Shown: in pieces, positions 26,501 through 30,382 of the stretch
Position numbering within the stretch: the stretch's first letter is position 1
How the letters are laid out: each line of letters begins with the position of its first letter
Origin: a virus
Lineage: Duplodnaviria > Caudoviricetes
Length of the DNA stretch: 30,382 nucleotides
Virus record (IMG/VR): IMGVR_UViG_3300044681_000392
Location: 1-30,382 of that record
Direction: 5' to 3' (one strand)
Notes under the pieces: model-generated
What the model saw: only the letters and a program-made list of their open reading frames with translations
Database searches by the model: none
Told to the model about the DNA's origin: nothing
Position numbers and translations under genes: made by a program

Positions 26501-26504
26501 GCTA

Positions 26505-26533
26505 TTGTTTTCTTTATATAAATATTGTATAAT
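26505..26533 (+). promoter_or_regulatory. Promoter, leaderless transcript
   Basis: TTGTTT, 17 nt, TATAAT, then 6 nt to the ATG at 26540. Confidence 0.6.
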
Positions 26534-26539
26534 TATTGA

Positions 26540-27250
26540 ATGTCAAATAACAAAGAATACTACGACGTTTTGATAACTACTCCTGGTAGAAACATGGACA
26601 GGAGATATGTTTTGTCTTTGCTGGCAACAATAAAAGAACTTGATAGTCTAGGAATTACTTGGTCCTATAGCAATCAATCAAGCTCTGATGTTTCAATAGC
26701 TAGAGAAGCAACTATTCTAGGATCTTGTAGGATTATGGGCTGGGCTTCAAATTTTTCTGCCCCCATAAATGGAAACATAGATTATAAGAAAATTTTTTTA
26801 ATAGACTCAGACATATTTTGGAAGCCAGAAGATTTTTTAAAATTATATTATTCTGAAGAAGATGCCATATCTGGTGTGTACCTGCAAGATGATCAGGAAA
26901 CAACAACATTACTAACGCCTTTAAAAGAAAATGATGGTGCTTTTTCAATGTTTACTGAAAGAATGAGAACTCTTTTAAGATCAGAGATTGTTAATAAATC
27001 AGCAAAATTTGAAATATCTGGATGCGGATTAGGATTTGTATGTTTAAAAAAGGGAATATTTGAATCTGTAGAAAGACCATGGTTTCAGCATTTGACAACT
27101 TCTGGAGAGGTTATCAACGGCGAGAAAATTGTAGAGTTAGTATCTGAAGATATATCTTTTATTAAAAGATGTCGTGAAAAAGGATTTAAGTTTTATGCTG
27201 ATCCAACAGTTCTTGTAGGACATGTTAAAAATTGTGTTATTGACTGGTAA
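26540..27250 (+). CDS. GT2-like (GT-A) glycosyltransferase
   Basis: DSD motif (IFLIDSDIFW), GCGLGFVCLK, SEDISF and DPTVLVGHVK. Confidence 0.8.
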   Translation: MSNNKEYYDVLITTPGRNMDRRYVLSLLATIKELDSLGITWSYSNQSSSDVSIAREATILGSCRIMGWASNFSAPINGNIDYKKIFLIDSDIFWKPEDFLKLYYSEEDAISGVYLQDDQETTTLLTPLKENDGAFSMFTERMRTLLRSEIVNKSAKFEISGCGLGFVCLKKGIFESVERPWFQHLTTSGEVINGEKIVELVSEDISFIKRCREKGFKFYADPTVLVGHVKNCVIDW

Positions 27251-27260
27251 AAGTATTCAG

Positions 27261-27332
27261 AGCCCAATATCAGATTTGAACTGATGACCCTTCGCTTACA
27301 AGGCGAATGCTCTGCCACTGAGCTAATCGGGC
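27261..27332 (-). tRNA. tRNA-Thr(UGU)
   Basis: GCCCGAT/ATTGGGC acceptor stem, anticodon arm TTCGC-CTTGTAA-GCGAA and T loop TTCAAAT. No encoded CCA. Confidence 0.93.
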
Positions 27333-27336
27333 TGAG

Positions 27337-27407
27337 AGCGGATGATGAGAATCGAACTCACCCCTTCTGCTTGGAAGGCAGAGGCACTACCAATATGCAA
27401 CATCCGC
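27337..27407 (-). tRNA. tRNA-Gly(UCC)
   Basis: GCGGATG/CATCCGC acceptor stem, TCTGC-CTTCCAA-GCAGA, TTCGATT and U discriminator. Confidence 0.93.
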
Positions 27408-27411
27408 ATTG

Positions 27412-27484
27412 CTGGACCACCAGGGCTCGAACCTGGGACCTAGAAGTTAACAGCTTCCCGCTCTGCCGTCTGAGCTATGGTCCA
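27412..27484 (-). tRNA. tRNA-Asn(GUU)
   Basis: TGGACCA/TGGTCCA acceptor stem, GGAAG-CTGTTAA-CTTCT, TTCGAGC and G discriminator. Confidence 0.93.
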
Positions 27485-27556
27485 ATAATTCTAGTATACT
27501 AAATTTAGTGCGAAATTAAAAGTGCGCCCGAAAATTGCGGCGGCGGTAGAAGAGAA

Positions 27557-27625
27557 CTACATCCAATATCCCAATAACACAATAATACCCATAACAATAA
27601 ATAAACTAGATATATACAATATCAT
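27557..27625 (-). CDS. 22-aa single-transmembrane micropeptide
   Basis: MILYISSLFIVMGIIVLLGYWM. The start overlaps the HNH stop (ATGA). Confidence 0.55.
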   Translation of the reverse strand: MILYISSLFIVMGIIVLLGYWM

Positions 27626-27915
27626 GATGCCTTATTATTTCCCTTATTAATCTTTCTCATATGTGTCCTAATTCGATGACAATTAGAACAAACTATCTCA
27701 CATTTAGCAATTTCTTCATCTATCTTCTTCTTGGACAGAGTAGGGATCAATTCCATTACATTTTTATGCTTTTTACCACGGACGTGGTCAAAGTCCATCA
27801 CATAATATGGATATTTGATCCCACAGTCCAAACAAGGAGTCTTCTCCTTAAGATCTCGTATGTATTGCGCCAAATAAGCCTTCTGCTTGGCAATAGAGAC
27901 CTTTTCAGACTTCAT
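27622..27915 (-). CDS. HNH endonuclease
   Basis: CLDCG..MDFDHV..KCEIVCSNCHRIRT. Confidence 0.88.
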   Translation of the reverse strand: MKSEKVSIAKQKAYLAQYIRDLKEKTPCLDCGIKYPYYVMDFDHVRGKKHKNVMELIPTLSKKKIDEEIAKCEIVCSNCHRIRTHMRKINKGNNKAS

Positions 27916-28011
27916 AGGGTCTTTGACCCTTTAGAGACTCTTATAAAGGTCCTGCAGACCTTTTGAGTCTTCATCTATGATAATACCTACAAAGAAGCAT
28001 CATATGGCTTA

Positions 28012-28020
28012 ATTATAGCA
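28012..28020 (-). promoter_or_regulatory. Extended -10 promoter, leaderless
   Basis: TGC-TATAAT, then 8 nt to the ATG at 28003. Confidence 0.65.
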
Positions 28021-28049
28021 AGGAGATTTTTTTAATTACCCGCCAAAAA

Positions 28050-28385
28050 TTATTTTGATAAATATGCGATAGCTTTATTAAGTAAATCTATGTCATCTCT
28101 AAACTGACCTAAACCAATATTACATGAATTACATAACCAAGATCTAAACTCACCAGTTTCCCAGTTATGGTCTAAATACCATTTTGGTGAAGTTTTGTTA
28201 CAAATAGGACATAGATATCCATCTTCTGGATATGGAAATTGTTTTTTTAGTTGACTAGTTATCTTTTGAGATTCACCTTGACATATTTTGCAAACAGACT
28301 TGTAATGAATTTTCTTCAAGCTTGTTACAGCAATGACCATTTCTGATAATGGTTTTTCTATTTTGCATACTCGACATGTTTTCAT
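28050..28385 (-). CDS. Recombination endonuclease VII-like nuclease
   Basis: CPIC..LDHNWETGEFRSWLCNSCNIGLGQFRDD..AIAYL plus N-terminal CxxC pairs. Likely start is 28385 (ATGA overlap). Confidence 0.85.
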   Translation of the reverse strand: MKTCRVCKIEKPLSEMVIAVTSLKKIHYKSVCKICQGESQKITSQLKKQFPYPEDGYLCPICNKTSPKWYLDHNWETGEFRSWLCNSCNIGLGQFRDDIDLLNKAIAYLSK

Positions 28386-28489
28386 TTGCATACCTTATAG
28401 TGATTATATAGTGTCATATGGGCAAAGCCTGATCTACATTCTATTTCCCGCCCACATTTATCACAAATTATTATCCGATTAGCCGCCAT
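28382..28489 (-). CDS. 35-aa zinc-finger-like protein
   Basis: MAANRIIICDKCGREIECRSGFAHMTLYNHYKVCK. Leaderless, and its stop overlaps the endonuclease VII-like start. Confidence 0.65.
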   Translation of the reverse strand: MAANRIIICDKCGREIECRSGFAHMTLYNHYKVCK

Positions 28490-28495
28490 ATATTT

Positions 28496-28524
28496 ATTAT
28501 ATATTATCTAATTATTCTAGTCAA
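28496..28524 (-). promoter_or_regulatory. Near-consensus promoter, leaderless
   Basis: TTGACT, 17 nt, TATAAT, then 6 nt to the ATG at 28489. Confidence 0.8.
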
Positions 28525-28530
28525 CTGCTT

Positions 28531-28722
28531 TTATATACAGTCTATATGCATTACATGCTTAGTATTTACATTCCATAAAACTTTGGAATGCTTTTCGATC
28601 CAAGCTTGACAAACATCACATTTTTTAGGATATATACAGGTTATCTCTTTCCAGTCATACTGGATCGACTCTTTCCTAGCTAAAACTTTCCTATTAGTAA
28701 TTTCATGTTTAAATTTAGCCAT
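28531..28722 (-). CDS. Small zinc-binding protein (CxxC...HxxC)
   Basis: Likely start is MAKFKHE at 28722 behind AAGGCGGA. Contains CDVC and HIDC. Confidence 0.6.
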   Translation of the reverse strand: MAKFKHEITNRKVLARKESIQYDWKEITCIYPKKCDVCQAWIEKHSKVLWNVNTKHVMHIDCI

Positions 28723-28789
28723 TGCTTCCGCCTTTAAAAAATAAAACCAAAGTCCCACCATGAGACATAAGTAAAACATATTCAATAAT

Positions 28790-28965
28790 ATTGGCATTTC
28801 CAGAACATAAGAACCCCTATACCCCTTAAACTATTTCTTTAAAGGAACCCCGAAAATGGCAAGTTATAAATTCGCATTTCATCGGTTAGATCTTATGTTA
28901 GGAAAGGCATTTCCGTCACATCTTGAAGTAGACCCCTTGATATTATCTCCAAAACTCTTCAAGGC
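28790..28965 (-). ncRNA. Putative structured untranslated RNA or long leader
   Basis: Follows promoter TTGACC-18-TATCAT (28999-28970). Several nested stems and no convincing minus-strand ORF. Confidence 0.4.
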
Positions 28966-29135
28966 CTTAATGATATCATGCACATTTTATTTAGGTCAAG
29001 ACATTACGAGATCTTTTTTAAAATCGCAGAATTTTTGATCAACTAAAAATCAAGTTTTCTAAAATGTTAATATATTTTTTATTTGTATGATGCGGGGTTT
29101 GGCAATGTCCGATTTGTCTAATTAGTGCGCCCATA

Positions 29136-29176
29136 TGTGATTTAATTCACAGAAAAATAATGTGATATGACTCACA
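29136..29176. promoter_or_regulatory. Two tandem perfect CRP/GlxR-type boxes
   Basis: TGTGA-tttaat-TCACA (29136-51) and TGTGA-tatgac-TCACA (29161-76). Confidence 0.75.
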
Positions 29177-29202
29177 ATGTCCGATTTATACGCATTTATA
29201 AG

Positions 29203-29232
29203 TTGATAAATGTCAGTGGGTAGGTATATAGT
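29203..29232 (+). promoter_or_regulatory. Early-type promoter 1
   Basis: TTGATA, 18 nt (containing ATGTCAG), TATAGT. Confidence 0.6.
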
Positions 29233-29263
29233 AAAGGTATTAGATAAAAGAAAGGTTCAACAG

Positions 29264-29380
29264 ATGAACACTATATATGAATCAAGAAACGACTACATGA
29301 TAGTAGACCCTAACGACTACATCACCTGCCCAGTATGGGGCTTTCAAGTTTACAAATCTCACGATTGCTCAAAGCACTAA
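29264..29380 (+). CDS. Small hypothetical protein (38 aa)
   Basis: MNTIYESRNDYMIVDPNDYITCPVWGFQVYKSHDCSKH. RBS GAAAGG. Confidence 0.65.
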   Translation: MNTIYESRNDYMIVDPNDYITCPVWGFQVYKSHDCSKH

Positions 29381-29396
29381 AGAAAGGAGCATATAA

Positions 29397-29564
29397 ATGC
29401 TAACTCAAACTACATTAAATAAAATCGTCTATGAATATCAACACGGCGGTGTTCAAGGTAATCACCCTGAACTAACCACCTATGAGCGTAAAGCTCTTCT
29501 AGGGTATCTCTTCAGACTACCCTCAAAATGCTCTCCTGAGTGTGAGGCAACTCACACCGCATAG
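29397..29564 (+). CDS. Small hypothetical protein (55 aa)
   Basis: MLTQTTLNKIVYEYQHGG...CSPECEATHTA. RBS AAAGGAG. Confidence 0.7.
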   Translation: MLTQTTLNKIVYEYQHGGVQGNHPELTTYERKALLGYLFRLPSKCSPECEATHTA

Positions 29565-29606
29565 GCGGCGTGTCGGGTTGAAAATGTCAGCCCGCTCTGA
29601 TAGTCT
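29541..29606 (+). promoter_or_regulatory. Early-type promoter 2 with a CRP-type box
   Basis: TGTGA-ggcaac-TCACA (29541-56), CGGCGTGTCG (29566-75), then TTGAAA (29578-83), 17 nt (ATGTCAG...TGa), TAGTCT. Confidence 0.7.
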
Positions 29607-29636
29607 AACGACATAACAAAATTGAATAAAAGGGTA

Positions 29637-29678
29637 TGAGCCTAGCAAATAAACCGAAAGGGTGAGCCTAGCAAATAA
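29637..29678 (+). repeat. 16-bp direct repeat TGAGCCTAGCAAATAA x2 in the 5' leader
   Basis: Exact copies at 29637-52 and 29663-78. Confidence 0.9.
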
Positions 29679-29729
29679 GACCCAGCCAAACAAACTAACT
29701 AACTAACTAAACGAATAGGAAATAAATAA

Positions 29730-29894
29730 ATGAAAATCACTTACTCAGTATGGCAAGGCTCTATCATCAAGGGCACAGGATTTACCGCTAACACAATGAA
29801 AGAAGTAATGAAAACAATAGATGAACTAAATGAAACAGGTGTAAAGCCTAAGTTTGAAGCGTTTATCTCTAAGGTAGAACAGGAAGTAAAATAA
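29730..29894 (+). CDS. Small hypothetical protein (54 aa)
   Basis: MKITYSVWQGSIIKG...KVEQEVK. RBS AGGA. Confidence 0.7.
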   Translation: MKITYSVWQGSIIKGTGFTANTMKEVMKTIDELNETGVKPKFEAFISKVEQEVK

Positions 29895-29896
29895 AA

Positions 29897-30070
29897 ATGT
29901 ATTCATGGGAAAACAATAATAACGATTATAAATACGAAACTATTCAACACTACGCACCCGTAGAAAGTTATAGTCACCTGGATGATGAACTTGAAATCTC
30001 CCTAGATGAAATGCTAGAATTAGAAGATGAAATTGAAATGGAAGAATTGGAAGGTGAGATTTATGCCTAA
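29897..30070 (+). CDS. Small highly acidic protein (57 aa)
   Basis: MYSWENNNND...LDDELEISLDEMLELEDEIEMEELEGEIYA, with 19 D/E, 1 K and 0 R. Confidence 0.7.
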   Translation: MYSWENNNNDYKYETIQHYAPVESYSHLDDELEISLDEMLELEDEIEMEELEGEIYA

Positions 30071-30161
30071 GAAAAATTGCTCCATGTGTTATGGTAGGGG
30101 CGTTATCTATGTAGGTAATCGCTATGAATACACTATAGAACCTTGCGAGTGTAAAGCATGA
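30063..30161 (+). CDS. 32-aa zinc-finger peptide (CxxCxGxG...CxC)
   Basis: MPKKNCSMCYGRGVIYVGNRYEYTIEPCECKA. AAGGTGA upstream. Confidence 0.65.
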   Translation: MPKKNCSMCYGRGVIYVGNRYEYTIEPCECKA

Positions 30162-30283
30162 ATAGATTATTAACTACCGCCGTCCAGCTTTTCCTAGTGG
30201 TATCCGCTGCCTATATGCTCCGCCTAATATGGGCAGACCTAAAACAAGATGTGACAGACACCATAAAAGATTTGCGAAAATAA
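30158..30283 (+). CDS. 41-aa membrane peptide
   Basis: MNRLLTTAVQLFLVVSAAYMLRLIWADLKQ... with an ATGA overlap. Confidence 0.6.
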   Translation: MNRLLTTAVQLFLVVSAAYMLRLIWADLKQDVTDTIKDLRK

Positions 30284-30284
30284 T

Positions 30285-30302
30285 CGGCGTGTCGCCTTGA
30301 CA
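30285..30302 (+). promoter_or_regulatory. Third promoter-like module
   Basis: CGGCGTGTCG-cc-TTGACA, the same spacing as module 2. No clear -10. Followed by ATGTCCGATTT (30350-60) and TGTGA at the window edge. Confidence 0.45.
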
Positions 30303-30382
30303 AAAGCTGATCTGGCCCCCACGCTTTTGCGGGCCCGATTTGTACCATTATGTCCGATTTTAAAAACCCCTGAAAAATGTGA

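Noticed and set aside
27284-27502. 72-aa plus-strand ORF
   Set aside because: It is antisense to three well-formed tRNA genes.
27661-27966. 101-aa plus-strand ORF
   Set aside because: It is antisense to the HNH gene and has no supporting signals.
28856-29038. 60-aa plus-strand ORF
   Set aside because: It has no recognisable features and overlaps a minus-strand promoter and structured region. It cannot be fully excluded.
29000-29135. Replication origin or genome terminus at the strand switch
   Set aside because: The region is AT-rich and divergent, but no iterons or terminal-repeat evidence can be established from this window alone.
1-30382. Stop-codon reassignment, or introns/inteins in nrdJ or the portal
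   Set aside because: Genes are full length under the standard code, all three stop codons are used, there is no suppressor tRNA and no insertions are visible.

Overview
This is an AT-rich segment of a tailed dsDNA phage genome. The host is probably a low-GC (freshwater-type) actinobacterium, inferred from many leaderless promoters, the holin and nrdJ types, and CRP/WhiA-like sites. Positions 1-25.1 kb are almost all on the minus strand. In transcription order they hold a GT4 glycosyltransferase, class II ribonucleotide reductase, a holin-like protein, about 19.5 kb of modular tail/baseplate/adhesin genes (Gly-rich, FN3, CBM-like, LamG and a 14x24-aa BspA/DUF285 LRR array), the portal and the start of a probable prohead protease. 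Positions 25.1-27.3 kb (+) hold a membrane-anchored lytic transglycosylase, small Cys-rich ORFs, an unannotated ~88-nt small RNA with its own promoter and terminator, and a GT2-like glycosyltransferase. Positions 27.3-29.0 kb (-) hold three tRNAs, an HNH gene inside a chain of ATGA-coupled micro-ORFs, an endonuclease VII-like gene and a structured untranslated RNA. Positions 29.1-30.4 kb (+) are an early-gene-like region of tiny ORFs. Their repeated promoter modules carry three perfect TGTGA-N6-TCACA (CRP-type) boxes, CGGCGTGTCG/ATGTC motifs and a doubled-motif leader RNA. The strongest candidates for undescribed biology are the early promoter and leader-RNA system, the small RNA, the recombining LRR adhesin array and an EF-hand loop on the holin. 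All calls are by eye; no database searches were run.
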